DNA of 59,773 bases from Thainema sp. (GCA_052168235.1 JBQLZK010000047.1:1-59773), one strand, 5' to 3'. Shown: positions 1 through 10,764, counted from the stretch's first letter. The notes: generated by a model from the letters alone, not told the origin. Numbers and translations: made by a program.

Positions 1-192
1 TCCAGCGCTTTATCAATATAACGACCCGGAAACAGATTTGTCAACATCTTTCTTTGGGATTCTTTCAAGGTAGTTAAAAGCAAGACGGAGCAAAGCTTTC
101 AATAATTTAGGGGAAGGCATCTTTTCCTTCGAAACACTCAAAATTCATCCAGATCTTTTTGAATGAGTTTTGAAATAACCGTGAAATACCTA

Positions 193-1370
193 GGGCTTGC
201 TGAAAAAGTATTTTACGAGTTCTGGACAAGCTGACGGTTTAATTCTAAGACTTGCTAAACTTCAAGCAACCATCAGGAAGCATTGAGGATCGCGCCAGCG
301 CCACTGCCACCGATTGAATTGAAGCAATCGCTGAGGTTGGACAATGCCCAAAAAGACAAAAAGAAACTGCCGGAGCAGGTGCTCCAGATTCATTACCAGA
401 AACGTCATTGCAATAGTGGTTTCTGCGGTTTGAGCGAGTTTTGCCATGACGCGAGCTAAACTGAAGCGACGCTTACCCACGCCAAACTTACCCTCCACCT
501 GGTTGCGAATGGCCGCATCTACCTGAGCTTGCTTCTGGATTTGGGGTTGTTGACTCTGTTTGGGTCTGCCTAATGGTTTTCCACTTAAGCGAATGCCTCG
601 TTCTCGACAGTATTAACGGTTAGCACGGGTGCGCTAGATTTGGTTAGCGTGAACGGAAGCCGGATAGTGACCAAATCGTGTCTGGAAGCGCTCAATTTGC
701 TCTGGCAAATCCGTTGATTCATTGAAGTCATTCCAGTCGAGATGGTCTAGAAACACATAGCCATTGACACAACTAATGGCAATCTTGGCACCAAATTCCA
801 CAGGCGTTCCGGCTTTACCCCGCACAATCGGTCGCACATGGGGTTGAGTGATACTGACAATGCGATCCTCAATGCGATGTTGCTGATGCTGATACATCCA
901 CTGTTACTGGCGAAATAACTCACTGATGACTAGTAACTTACAGTAGAGTTGGTTATCGAGGTGGGTCAACGTTGCTCCTGCTGTCATCAGCCTGTCAATG
1001 TGAGCAAGATTGCGCTTGAGATAGCGCAACTGTTGCCCGACTGCCTTGCGCCGTGCCTTGCGGCTCACTTGACGTTGCTTCGCAATGTGCAAATATTGTT
1101 GCCGTGCTTTGCGGCGGTAAGTGCGCGGCTTTTGGATGCCGGGTTCTCTCACTTGCTCATAGAGCCAATCGATGATGTGCTCACTGTGTTCTCGCGCCTC
1201 ATTGAGCAGACTTAAATCCGTCGGATAGTGAATGTCGGCAGGAGCACAACTGGCATCAACAATCAGTTCTCCTGCATTGGCAGCAGAGGGAGGTTCATCG
1301 TCATCGTGATCCTGACCCGTTGGGTCTGAGCATTCTGCTGCTCTCTCCGGCTGAGATGGGTCGTTCTCAC
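193..1370 (-). mobile_element. Truncated IS5-family insertion sequence remnant
   Basis: Candidate terminal repeat GGGCTTGCTGAAAAAG at 193-208, beside a CTAG; contains transposase fragments; the left end and transposase N-terminus are missing. Confidence 0.8.
262..1370 (-). pseudogene. IS5-family DDE transposase pseudogene
   Basis: Three ORF pieces (904-1419, 634-897, 262-498) lie in one frame, separated by in-frame stops at 904-906 (TAA) and 634-636 (TAG). Motifs LIVDASCAPADIHYPTDLSLLN, RPIVRGKAGTPVEFGAK, EGKFGVGKRRF. Confidence 0.88.
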
Positions 1371-1415
1371 CAGCAATTCTAATCATGAGAATGATTCTCA
1401 TGATTAGAATTGCTG
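1371..1415. repeat. Perfect palindrome, 22-bp arms, 1-nt loop
   Basis: CAGCAATTCTAATCATGAGAAT-G-ATTCTCATGATTAGAATTGCTG. Confidence 0.95.
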
Positions 1416-1449
1416 CCAACTTTGATTTTCAATCTTGAGATTGCACAAG

Positions 1450-3093
1450 TTATGAGTGCGTCAGGGCAGCGGCTTGATGCTGTCGGGCCAGCATCAAGCC
1501 GTACTCGATCCCTTCGACTATGGCGTGGTAGGACGCTTCGATAATATTGGTCGAAACGCCAACGGTCGTCCAACGCCGATGTCCGTCTGAGGATTCGACT
1601 AGTACCCGTGTCTTAGCCGATGTACCTTCTTTACCGTCCAAAATACGCACTTTGTAATCAGCCAAGTGAAACTGGGCGATTTCCGGATAGAAGTTGAGCA
1701 ACGCTTTGCGTAGCGCAGCATCGAGTGCAGAGACGGGCCCGTTTCCTTCCGCCGCTTCTAGAATATCTTGACCGTTGACAGCCACTTTAATGGTCGCCAG
1801 CGAATAGGTTTGACTCAAATCAGAACCGGGCACCGTATCGCAGTTGACCTTAAATCCTTTGAGATCAAAGAACTGCTGTCGCTGATTCATAGCCTCACGC
1901 ATCAGCAACTCAAAACTGGCCTCTGCCGCTTCAAACTGATAGCCTTCATGCTCCAGAGATTTGAGCCGCTGTAAAATTTGCCGACAGCTGGGGTCGTTCT
2001 TATTCAGCTCAATACCAAAGCTGCGAGCTTTTGCCAGCACGTTACTCAGACCAGACTGGTCGGAAATGACGATGCGGCGACGATTACCCACCTGTTCAGG
2101 GCGAATATGCTCATATGTGAGCGGATTACGCTCAACAGCGCTGACGTGGATGCCGCCCTTATGGGCAAAGGCCGACAGGCCCACGAACGGCGCGTGATCG
2201 TCTGGAGCAAGATTGACAACTTCGCTAATTAGACGACTCGATTCCGTCAGCCGCTGTAGCTGCTCGTCAGCCAAGCAGTCGTAGCCTAGCTTGATTTGCA
2301 GATTGGGCAGCAGCGTACAGAGATTGGCGTTGCCGCAGCGTTCGCCATAGCCGTTGATTGTACCCTGCACCATCCGCGCCCCTCCCATAACGGCATAGAG
2401 CGCATTGGCCACTGCCGTACCGGAGTCATTGTGGGTGTGAATACCCAACTGCGGCTTAACTGTACCAGGTTGTTCCTCTAACCAAGCATCGACGGATTTG
2501 ACAATTTCGCTGATTTTATGGGGCAGCGTGCCGCCGTTGGTGTCGCAAAAAACGAGCCACTCGGCCCCCGCTTCATAGGCCGCTTGGAGTGTCTTCAGTG
2601 CATACTCAGGATTATTTTTGTAGCCGTCAAACCAGTGCTCGGCATCGTAGATCACCCGCCGATCCTGACTGCGCAGGTAGGAGATGGTATCACGAATCAT
2701 CGCTAAGTTTTCGTCCAGAGTCGTTTGTAAGCCTTCCGTGACGTGTAAATCCCAGGACTTGCCAAAAAGGGTGACCCAATGGGTGCCTGCGGCCAAAATG
2801 GGCTGCAAGAGCGGATCGTCTGCCGCCGTTGTGCCTGGGCGACGAGTTGAGCAAAAGGCGACGATTTCAGCCTGCTTGAGCGGTTCTTCCTTAATTTGCC
2901 AGAAAAACTGGACATCCTTAGGATTGGCTCCCGGCCAGCCACCCTCAATAAACGGAATACCTATTTCATCAAGCTGGTGTGCAATCCGTAGTTTATCCTC
3001 AATCGACAGGGACAGCCCTTCGCGCTGAGAGCCATCGCGGAGTGTGGTGTCGTAGATCCAGATTTTAGAGTCAGCTTGAGTAGTTCGATTCAT
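1450..3093 (-). CDS. cimA: Citramalate synthase
   Basis: DTTLRDGSQREG, GGWPGANPKD, HTHND, GERCGNANL, FAHKGGIH and a LeuA-type regulatory C-terminus; 547 aa. Confidence 0.92.
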   Translation of the reverse strand: MNRTTQADSKIWIYDTTLRDGSQREGLSLSIEDKLRIAHQLDEIGIPFIEGGWPGANPKDVQFFWQIKEEPLKQAEIVAFCSTRRPGTTAADDPLLQPILAAGTHWVTLFGKSWDLHVTEGLQTTLDENLAMIRDTISYLRSQDRRVIYDAEHWFDGYKNNPEYALKTLQAAYEAGAEWLVFCDTNGGTLPHKISEIVKSVDAWLEEQPGTVKPQLGIHTHNDSGTAVANALYAVMGGARMVQGTINGYGERCGNANLCTLLPNLQIKLGYDCLADEQLQRLTESSRLISEVVNLAPDDHAPFVGLSAFAHKGGIHVSAVERNPLTYEHIRPEQVGNRRRIVISDQSGLSNVLAKARSFGIELNKNDPSCRQILQRLKSLEHEGYQFEAAEASFELLMREAMNQRQQFFDLKGFKVNCDTVPGSDLSQTYSLATIKVAVNGQDILEAAEGNGPVSALDAALRKALLNFYPEIAQFHLADYKVRILDGKEGTSAKTRVLVESSDGHRRWTTVGVSTNIIEASYHAIVEGIEYGLMLARQHQAAALTHS

Positions 3094-3377
3094 AGGAAAT
3101 GGGGTTAGGCCAGTAAAGTCATTGCAACGGGTAGAAGAAAATCCCTTTTTTATATTTTAATATGCTGGCTAGATTAATCAGTTTGATGAATGCCTATCAC
3201 GCATGTGTTTAGCGTAGTTATTTCGATCTCCCGTTGTCGCCACTCCTTATTAAAGGGGCTATTCCAACGCTAGCTTGAAGTCGGCCTTTTTTAGAAAGGT
3301 ATACCCGAAGGGTTACAGAGAAATTTTGATCGAATAAACCTCTAGTTTAGATCATGGTTATAGGCCGGAATCAGCCG

Positions 3378-4277
3378 CTAAAAGCCCGTTTCCCGCCAGG
3401 GAACGGGATCAACCGCAACGCCATGCACATATAAACCCCAGTGCAAATGTGGCCCCGTTGATGAACCAGTCGAGCCAACGGCCCCGATAACCTGTCCGGA
3501 ATTCACCATTTGGCCTTCCTGCACATCAATCCGGCTCATGTGTATAAAGATGCTGAGTACGCCTTGACCGTGATCGATCCCGACCGTGTTGCCATGTAGC
3601 TCAAAGCCATCTTCAACCCGTCCCACTAGGGCGACTCGTCCTGCCGCTGGGGCAGAGATGGGGCTACCCGTACCCGCTGCGTAGTCCACGCCACGGTGGT
3701 AGTAGTCTTCAGCAAACTCGCCATTGTAATAGCGCCGCACGCCGTAGACGGAGCTAACCGAGCCATTGCTGGGCCGCAGCAGGGGGCCATTCCAGTAGCG
3801 CTCGGGGGTATCGAGCTGCTTAAAGGCATCGACGCGATCGAACTCATAGTCTGTCCCTTCAATCCCAGCTACACCAGGTGAAAAATTAATGTGTTGAGTG
3901 GGAAAATCGCGATTCCGCAGCCATACCGTGAAGTTGCGGGTGTCTTCCTGACCGAAAATTCGCACCAGCTTTTCCCCTGGCGGATCGAGCGGACTCGTGG
4001 GCAGCAACGCCTGGTAGCGGTTGCCACCAATCGGATAGGAGGGATACTCCGTTTCTCCCAGCGTGACAGTCGGTGGAGTCGTGGACTGGGGATTTTCCGC
4101 CTGGACGATGACTGAGATCGTGTCGCCCAAGTGGGGATTGGGCGGATTGATCTGGACTTCATAGGCTGAGCTATGCGTCGCCAGTAGAATAATACCGATG
4201 CTAATTGCGATCGCAGTTCCCAGCCGGGACCAACGACGCATTGCAGAAAATCGCGATCGCAGTTGAGGCCAAATCAT
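3378..4277 (-). CDS. M23 family metallopeptidase, exported
   Basis: HRGVD and HLH zinc motifs (GPHLHWG); N-terminal hydrophobic segment; start uncertain. Confidence 0.9.
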   Translation of the reverse strand: MIWPQLRSRFSAMRRWSRLGTAIAISIGIILLATHSSAYEVQINPPNPHLGDTISVIVQAENPQSTTPPTVTLGETEYPSYPIGGNRYQALLPTSPLDPPGEKLVRIFGQEDTRNFTVWLRNRDFPTQHINFSPGVAGIEGTDYEFDRVDAFKQLDTPERYWNGPLLRPSNGSVSSVYGVRRYYNGEFAEDYYHRGVDYAAGTGSPISAPAAGRVALVGRVEDGFELHGNTVGIDHGQGVLSIFIHMSRIDVQEGQMVNSGQVIGAVGSTGSSTGPHLHWGLYVHGVAVDPVPWRETGF

Positions 4278-4363
4278 AGGCAATCGTGAGAATGAGTAAA
4301 GATTATAGAGAAACAGTAACGAAGAAATAGCAATGAACCGTTGGAGTTTAGACGACCAGAGAC

Positions 4364-4579
4364 TTACCGCTTGGGCTTGATATAGACCAGAGCCTGTCGC
4401 CAAATAATCGTCGGCTGATCATACTGATCGACCAGACAAAGACAATCCGTATCTTGCCAGCGAATTTTTCCCACCAGCAAATCATCGGTGACCAACTTTG
4501 CTTCGACTTCCTGGCCTTCGCGAATCAGCGTTTGCATCTGTCGCACACTAGGCAGAGAGGTATCCAGTTCGAGCGCCAT
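4364..4579 (-). CDS. hfq: Cyanobacterial Hfq-like protein
   Basis: 71 aa, LPSVRQMQ...GKIRWQD...IWRQALVYI; divergent from dapF, as is typical in cyanobacteria. Confidence 0.88.
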   Translation of the reverse strand: MALELDTSLPSVRQMQTLIREGQEVEAKLVTDDLLVGKIRWQDTDCLCLVDQYDQPTIIWRQALVYIKPKR

Positions 4580-4693
4580 GAAATTTCCTCAACTCCGCGT
4601 CAATACTGTTTAAGGATATAGCAGTCTGATTTGGTCTGTGAAATGGTTTACGAACGTTCAGTGAAGATAGCGTTACACGCTTAAGTAAAGTCA

Positions 4694-4739
4694 GTATTTT
4701 TGAGAAAGCCACGCTGAAGCGTGGCTTTCTCAAAAATAC
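4694..4739. repeat. Perfect palindrome, 22-bp arms, inside a MITE-like sequence
   Basis: GTATTTTTGAGAAAGCCACGCT-GA-AGCGTGGCTTTCTCAAAAATAC. Confidence 0.95.
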
Positions 4740-4868
4740 ATGTCCTACCCTGTGGGCGTAGTGCCATAACGTTCAGGAACATTCAGGAATATATCGACTA
4801 CAGACGGGTGAATGGTTCAACCCACTCGCAGTAAAATGAAATTCTCAAATTAATCATGACAGACCGCC

Positions 4869-5735
4869 ATGACAGTTGCTTTTACGAAATATCAAGGGCT
4901 GGGAAACGACTTTCTGCTGATCGACAATCGGCACCAGACTGAGCCAATGCTGACGCCGGAACAGGCGATTCACATGTGCGATCGCAACTTTGGCATTGGC
5001 GCAGACGGCGTGATTTTTGCGCTGCCGGGACAGGATGGCACTGATTACACTATGCGGATTTTCAATTCCGATGGCTCTGAGCCAGAAATGTGCGGCAACG
5101 GCATTCGCTGCCTGGCGCGATTCTTAGAAGAACTAGAAGTCTTGGATGGTCGCACCATATCTCATCCCCTCGCCTATCAAATTCACACCCTTGGGGGTCT
5201 GATCACTCCAGAAATTCAAGCTGACGGACAGGTCAGAGTTGATATGGGGCCACCGCGTCTGCTAGCAAAAGAAATTCCAACCACCTTGGCCGGACTGGAC
5301 GACAAGGTGATCAATCGAATGCTGAATGTATCTGGGCAGATCTGGGAAGTCACCTGCGTCAGCATGGGCAATCCACACTGCATTACCTTTGTCGAAGATG
5401 TGGATACGATTTCGCTTGCCACCATTGGCCCTCAGTTTGAGCATCATGAAGCCTTTCCGCAGCGGATCAACACTGAATTTATCCAGGTTATGCGGCCTGA
5501 CTATTTAAAGATGCGCGTCTGGGAACGAGGCGCAGGCGCAACGCTGGCCTGTGGCACAGGTGCCTGTGCCTCACTCGTTGCTGGAGTCCTGACGGGCAAC
5601 TGCCAGCGGCAGGCGACGGTGGAGCTTCCCGGTGGCCCTCTGCTGATTGAATGGTCAGAAGCTAATCAGCATGTGTATATGACGGGGCCAGCTCAAATGG
5701 TGTTCACAGGTGCGATCGCACTTGATGAATTGTAA
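4869..5735 (+). CDS. dapF: Diaminopimelate epimerase
   Basis: [35 protein letters not shown]. Confidence 0.97.
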   Translation: MTVAFTKYQGLGNDFLLIDNRHQTEPMLTPEQAIHMCDRNFGIGADGVIFALPGQDGTDYTMRIFNSDGSEPEMCGNGIRCLARFLEELEVLDGRTISHPLAYQIHTLGGLITPEIQADGQVRVDMGPPRLLAKEIPTTLAGLDDKVINRMLNVSGQIWEVTCVSMGNPHCITFVEDVDTISLATIGPQFEHHEAFPQRINTEFIQVMRPDYLKMRVWERGAGATLACGTGACASLVAGVLTGNCQRQATVELPGGPLLIEWSEANQHVYMTGPAQMVFTGAIALDEL

Positions 5736-5746
5736 ATTAGCCCTTC

Positions 5747-5900
5747 GTAAGGGCGAGTTTCGCGAATCAATTTGTGATACAGCAATTTTAAGTTGATTAT
5801 GAACAGGCCGCCCCGCTGGGGCGGCCTGTTCATAATCAATTCAGTTCACTAGCTATTTAGTAAAGCAATAGATAGCAATAACTTGATGTAGAACCCGCAC
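5747..5900. repeat. Degenerate GTAG-type REP interrupted by a MITE-like insert with a 22-bp-arm palindrome (5793-5839)
   Basis: Ends GTAAGGGCGAGTTT...AACCCGCAC resemble REPs at 9820 and 36195; inner TTGATTATGAACAGGCCGCCCC-GCT-GGGGCGGCCTGTTCATAATCAA. Confidence 0.75.
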
Positions 5901-5921
5901 TGGTAAACGGTTTGCGATTCC

Positions 5922-6311
5922 TTAGACAAATAAGCGCCATACGATGGTCAGTAGCGCCAAGATATAGATAAAGTAAGCCAGCGATCGCAATACCGGAATA
6001 CCAATCATGTAGAAAATGCCGTGGAGAACGCGCATCGTGACGACCACAATGGATGCGATCGCAGTGATGCCATCCGCGTTACCTGTTATCTGAGCCATGA
6101 AAATCACCGTAGCAGTCAGCGCCAAATTGTCATGATGATTACGCTGCGCCCGATCGGCTCGCCCAACCCAAGGCGGCACGTCGGGCATTTTTTCGCGGTT
6201 ACCCAGTCCCCATCCAACCCCAGCTTCTGCCAAACGCGCCAGCGCTGGAACATGATTCAGGGGAACAGTCCAGAGTGCCAAAATTAGCAAGCAAATCAGG
6301 TCGGTATTCAT
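5922..6311 (-). CDS. MAPEG family membrane protein
   Basis: Hydrophobic, 129 aa; GNRE...RADRAQRNHHDNL...R.LH pattern; start placed at MNTDL. Confidence 0.8.
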   Translation of the reverse strand: MNTDLICLLILALWTVPLNHVPALARLAEAGVGWGLGNREKMPDVPPWVGRADRAQRNHHDNLALTATVIFMAQITGNADGITAIASIVVVTMRVLHGIFYMIGIPVLRSLAYFIYILALLTIVWRLFV

Positions 6312-6457
6312 TGTTTGAGTACAAGAAAAGCATGATGTGAACATTTCATCAAGTAATGTAACAAGCTTCTGCATGACCTTGTTCGACTGGGACATATATC
6401 CGTGCAACTACGGTAAATACTTGGTGCCCCTGTTGCCTTCAAGGAAGATTCAAAGTT

Positions 6458-7618
6458 ATGTGTCACTTCTACCTCTTGCTGCTCTCCACTCTCTCTCCGT
6501 TCGTACTCGCGCTTTGTACAGAAAACGTTCATCCGTCCTCAACGCATCGGGTTCAAGATCAGCGTCATGCAGACGTTGAAGTATTGACTGAATTAGGCTG
6601 GCAGCAATATAGTCGTCACCAGTATGCGGCTGCGATCGCAACCTTCCAAGCTGTCCTGCGTATCTATCGGCAATCGGGGCGACACGCTAACGCAAGCGAT
6701 TTGCTCAACTGCATTCGCTTGGTACAAACTCGTGCCCAAGCAACCACGCCCTCTAGCCCAAGCTTTGAATTCTCTACAGGCCAGACCGTACTATGCATTG
6801 ACCCAAACCTAGAAGGCAACGCCACTGAAATGGCCCATCAGTTGAGCAACTTTGCAGAAATGTATCGCCGTCTTGGTCAATTCAATGACGCTCTCCAGCT
6901 TTATCAGCAAGCGCTTCAGTTCTTTAAGCAGGCAGATGATCTACGCGGTATGGGTCGCACGTTGAACAACTTAGGGCTCGTCTACAGTGCAATCGGACAA
7001 TACAGCCGTGCCCAAGCTCTGGCTCAGTCTGCCATCAGCATTCTACAAGATGCCAATGACAATGCCGGAGAAGCCGCTGCCCGCCACAATTTAGGCGTTG
7101 CCTGTCTCAAACTCAGCCGCTACAACCAGGCCATTGCTTCGTTCCATGCTTCACTTGCTCTGCGTCAGCAGAGCAACGATGCTGTTGGCATCGCCATGTC
7201 TCTGAGTTATCTAGGACTCACCTACCGCTATCTCAACTATCCGCTAGCATCGCTGCACTATTACTACAGCGCCTTATGGATACGGCAAGCCAATACCGAT
7301 AGCGCTGGCGAAGCAACAACGTTGGGACATATCGCAGGCATCTATCGCCAAATGGGCCAATTCCATTGGGCTATCCATTGTGACAAGCAGGCTTTAGCCA
7401 TCTTTCAACTGCTCGGCAACCAAAAAGGCACTGGCAGAGTGTTGTGTAACCTGGGCAAAATCTATGAAGCAATGGGTCAAGCAGCCAAAGCCCTCGATTT
7501 TTATCAGCAATCTCTCTCTGTGCTACGTGCGGTCGGAGACTACAGCGGAGAAGCGGCGGCTCTTGAAAGCATCGACAATATTTATCATCAGATTCATTTG
7601 GCAGAGTTTGCCAGCTAG
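6458..7618 (+). CDS. Tetratricopeptide repeat protein
   Basis: Repeated LNNLG/LSYLG/LCNLG...G.Y..A...Y.QAL units; start uncertain. Confidence 0.85.
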   Translation: MCHFYLLLLSTLSPFVLALCTENVHPSSTHRVQDQRHADVEVLTELGWQQYSRHQYAAAIATFQAVLRIYRQSGRHANASDLLNCIRLVQTRAQATTPSSPSFEFSTGQTVLCIDPNLEGNATEMAHQLSNFAEMYRRLGQFNDALQLYQQALQFFKQADDLRGMGRTLNNLGLVYSAIGQYSRAQALAQSAISILQDANDNAGEAAARHNLGVACLKLSRYNQAIASFHASLALRQQSNDAVGIAMSLSYLGLTYRYLNYPLASLHYYYSALWIRQANTDSAGEATTLGHIAGIYRQMGQFHWAIHCDKQALAIFQLLGNQKGTGRVLCNLGKIYEAMGQAAKALDFYQQSLSVLRAVGDYSGEAAALESIDNIYHQIHLAEFAS

Positions 7619-7647
7619 GGATCTGTTTAGTGCTGCTTCAGTGACGG

Positions 7648-7973
7648 CTATGGGCGCGGAGCATACATCATGATCGGCACACCCGCTGCAACGAACAGGC
7701 AACTCAACCAATCGAAACGATCTGGACGAACACCATCAATTTGCCATCCCCACAGCAGCGACAGCACAACAAAAACACCACCATAGGCGGCATAAACTCG
7801 CCAAAATCAGCGGGTTATAGCGTAGGAACGATGTCGTACAGGATAAGGAGCGGCCAACCTGCGATCGCAACCGGAAAACCCTTCCCCTTGCGTAATCATA
7901 CCCACACTAAATAACTACCGCCAATCTCGAACAACTCAGCTAAAACAAAATACATCAAGGATTTAAGCAGCAT
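7648..7973 (-). pseudogene. ynfA: YnfA/UPF0060 (SMR-like) membrane protein pseudogene
   Basis: Manual translation MLLKSLMYFVLAELFEIGGSYLVWV*LRKG...PTL*PADFG[frameshift][31 protein letters not shown]...MMYAPRP; stops at 7896-7898 and 7815-7817, 1-nt deletion near 7800. Confidence 0.9.
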
Positions 7974-8037
7974 ATTCCTAGATACAACACACCCCAACCG
8001 CTATTCCTCGTATAGGCTTCTTCCAGCAAGGCGGTAT

Positions 8038-8222
8038 ATATAGGGGTTCCAGATAAGAACGAGAGAGGAGAGTGCCTCATCCTGAGGCACTCTCCTCTCT
8101 CGTTTTCTCACTCTTAACTGAAATCACTATAGCTGTAGCCAGCTAAGTTAGGACACGGACGGTGTTGTGGCGCGACATCGCCGCGCCACAACACCGTCTT
8201 AACCAATACGACTATCGCTATA
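8038..8222. repeat. Two tandem TATA-bounded MITE-like elements, each with a long internal palindrome
   Basis: 22-bp arms at 8058-8079/8083-8104; 17-bp arms at 8158-8174/8182-8198; the elements share TATA at 8128-8131 and the second ends GCTATA. Confidence 0.8.
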
Positions 8223-8294
8223 TTTCACAGCCAGTTCAAATATTTTTGATTCGCCAAGTTAGACAGAATGCGCTGTTAAACTGTCCCACTGAAC

Positions 8295-8633
8295 TTAATT
8301 GCTGGATCCATCATCCGCACAGATCCGTGATGGCAGCATCGGACTGAAGCGTCGAAAGTCCGAAAGGTACTGCTCTAGTACAGCAAACTGCGGCAGATTC
8401 AAGCTGTAATACACCCACTTACCTTGCTGTCGTGACCTCAGCAGCTCTGCCTCTTTAAGGGTCTTGAGGTGAAACGAGAGTTTTGACTGCTGGACATTTA
8501 AGCGATCGCATAGGTCGCAAACACACAGTTCCTGCTCCCTCAACAGTTCAATGATCTGGAGCCGGAGAGAATCAGATAGTGCTTTAAATCCTGATTCAAC
8601 TAAAGTTGATTTATTAGTGAGAGACTTAACCAT
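8295..8633 (-). CDS. ArsR/SmtB family transcriptional regulator
   Basis: FKALSD..RL.I..LL, ELCVCDL metal motif, QSKLSFHLKTL, GKWVYYSL. Confidence 0.92.
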   Translation of the reverse strand: MVKSLTNKSTLVESGFKALSDSLRLQIIELLREQELCVCDLCDRLNVQQSKLSFHLKTLKEAELLRSRQQGKWVYYSLNLPQFAVLEQYLSDFRRFSPMLPSRICADDGSSN

Positions 8634-8902
8634 CAAGTTTGCTGGGATCAATAGCCCTATCATATAAAAGTTAAAGGTTGATTGAGACTTAGACAACACT
8701 CCGATTCCAGCAGCTTAATCATGTAGCTTAGTAATCTGCTTGATCACTGAATCTGCAGCCGCTAAATCATCAGAATAAAAGTTCGTTTGACTTAGTCGTG
8801 TCGAAGGAATCGCAGCTTCTTTTTGCTAAGGTGTTGTAGTAGATCTCTTGTCCACGTAAAAACAAGCAAGAGTAATTAGCGTTTCGGAAATTGGCATCAA
8901 TC

Positions 8903-9790
8903 GTGACATTAAAGCCAGATTGGCTGCGGGTCAAAGCACCGCAGTGGGAACGGGTGGGAAATGTAAAGTCTCTTCTACGGGACTTAGAACTGAATACCGT
9001 CTGTGAAGAAGCGTCCTGTCCCAATATTGGAGAATGCTTCAGCCACGGTACGGCAACGTTTTTGATCATGGGGCCAGCCTGCACGCGGGCTTGTCCCTAT
9101 TGCGATATCGATTTTGAGAAAAAGCCTAAAGCGCTTGATCCCACAGAGCCCGATCGGTTAGCTGAAGCCGTACGTCGCATGGGGCTGAACCACGTCGTGA
9201 TCACCTCCGTTAACCGAGATGATTTACCGGATGGTGGAGCGGAACAGTTTGCCAAATGTATTCAGGCCGTCCGAGCCGCATCGCCTCAAACGACTGTGGA
9301 AGTGCTGATCCCGGATTTGTGCGGCAATTGGGCAGCCCTCGACATCATTTTGGCGGCTCAGCCCGAAGTTCTGAATCACAACACCGAAACGGTTCCTAGC
9401 CTCTATCGTCGAGTTCGCCCTCAAGGTGACTACGATCGCACATTGGAACTACTCCAGCGTATCCATCATCAAGCACCCTGGATCTATAGCAAATCGGGAA
9501 TCATGGTAGGACTGGGCGAAACCGATGCTGAAGTGCAGCAGGTGATGAAAGACCTCCGCGCGGTTCACTGCGACATTTTGACGATTGGGCAGTATCTTCA
9601 GCCAACACCAAAGCATTTAGCGCTGAAAGAGTTCATCACACCAAAACAGTTCGACGCTTGGCGACAAATGGGTGAGTCGATGGGCTTCCTACAGGTCGTG
9701 TCTTCTCCCCTGACCCGCAGTTCCTATCATGCGGAGCAGGTGCGCGAACTGATGCAGCGTTATCCCCGTTCAGCTCCGTCTCTAGCCTAA
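8903..9790 (+). CDS. lipA: Lipoyl synthase
   Basis: [29 protein letters not shown] start at 8903 preferred. Confidence 0.96.
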   Translation: MTLKPDWLRVKAPQWERVGNVKSLLRDLELNTVCEEASCPNIGECFSHGTATFLIMGPACTRACPYCDIDFEKKPKALDPTEPDRLAEAVRRMGLNHVVITSVNRDDLPDGGAEQFAKCIQAVRAASPQTTVEVLIPDLCGNWAALDIILAAQPEVLNHNTETVPSLYRRVRPQGDYDRTLELLQRIHHQAPWIYSKSGIMVGLGETDAEVQQVMKDLRAVHCDILTIGQYLQPTPKHLALKEFITPKQFDAWRQMGESMGFLQVVSSPLTRSSYHAEQVRELMQRYPRSAPSLA

Positions 9791-9819
9791 GTACCGTGGA
9801 TTTAATAGATCCGCAAACT

Positions 9820-9886
9820 GTAGGAGCGGGTTTTGCCGTCAAATCTGTGACAAGGTGCAGATTGGTCTACTCAACCCGCCCTTCAC
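9820..9886. repeat. GTAG-type REP element
   Basis: GTAGGAGCGGGTTTT...AACCCGCCCTTCAC. Confidence 0.7.
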
Positions 9887-9927
9887 AAAGATTGAACTAC
9901 TCCACCTATACAACCGACAAAAGCTAA

Positions 9928-10635
9928 ATGGAAGGATTAACGTCGAGCCACTGGATCATGCTGGGGCTGCTGTTGATATTTGCGATCGCGCATAGCGGTC
10001 TGGCCGCACTGCGTCCGCGTGGTGAGCAGTACATTGGGCCTCGCGCCTATCGTATCCTGTTTGCTCTGGTCAGTTTGCCCCTCGCCGTCACGTTGATTGT
10101 CTATTTCATCAACCACCGCTACGATGGCGTTCGCCTGTGGAATGTTCAGGGTGTACCAGGCATTGCGACTGCCGTTTGGATACTGTCGGCGATCTCATTT
10201 CTGTTTCTCTATCCTGCCACCTTCAATCTGCTGGAAATTGCGGCGATTGAAAAGCCTCAAGTCCACCTCTACGAAACGGGGATCATTCGGATTACCCGTC
10301 ATCCTCAAATGGTGGGGCAGGTCATCTGGTGTGTGGCTCATACACTCTGGCTGGGTACGACGTTTACTCTGGTCACATCAGCCGGATTGATCCTGCATCA
10401 TCTGTTTGCCGTCTGGCATGGCGATCTCAGATTACAAAACCGCTACGGCAAAGCTTTCGAGGCCGTAAAATCACGTACGTCGATCGTGCCTTTTGCGGCT
10501 TTAATAAAAGGGCAGCAATCTCTAAAGCTGCAAGAATTCATCCGTCCGGCCTATGCCGGAGTCACACTTTTTGTACTGCTGTTTTGGTGGGCGCATCCGC
10601 TGCTCATTCAATCCACTAGTCAAATCCGCTGGTAG
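9928..10635 (+). CDS. NnrU family protein (Z-ISO-like zeta-carotene isomerase)
   Basis: HSGLAALR, GIIRITRHPQMVGQ, WHGD, RTSIVPF; several TM segments. Confidence 0.88.
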   Translation: MEGLTSSHWIMLGLLLIFAIAHSGLAALRPRGEQYIGPRAYRILFALVSLPLAVTLIVYFINHRYDGVRLWNVQGVPGIATAVWILSAISFLFLYPATFNLLEIAAIEKPQVHLYETGIIRITRHPQMVGQVIWCVAHTLWLGTTFTLVTSAGLILHHLFAVWHGDLRLQNRYGKAFEAVKSRTSIVPFAALIKGQQSLKLQEFIRPAYAGVTLFVLLFWWAHPLLIQSTSQIRW

Positions 10636-10764
10636 TCTGATAACAAGCTGAAAAAACAGTGAAAAAACTTGCAAAAATCTATCGAATAAGTCTTTTACGA
10701 CATCCCCCAGTCCCCTAAAATGATCCCAAATACGATTTAAAGAAAAATATTTAGGGGTATAGCG

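Noticed and set aside
1..190. Possible partial gene start on the minus strand (MLTNLFPGRYIDKAL...)
   Set aside because: Only about 15 codons lie in the window; cannot be supported.
1371..1419. N-terminus MAAILIMRIILMIRIA of the 171-aa ORF
   Set aside because: This is translation of the palindrome, not transposase sequence.
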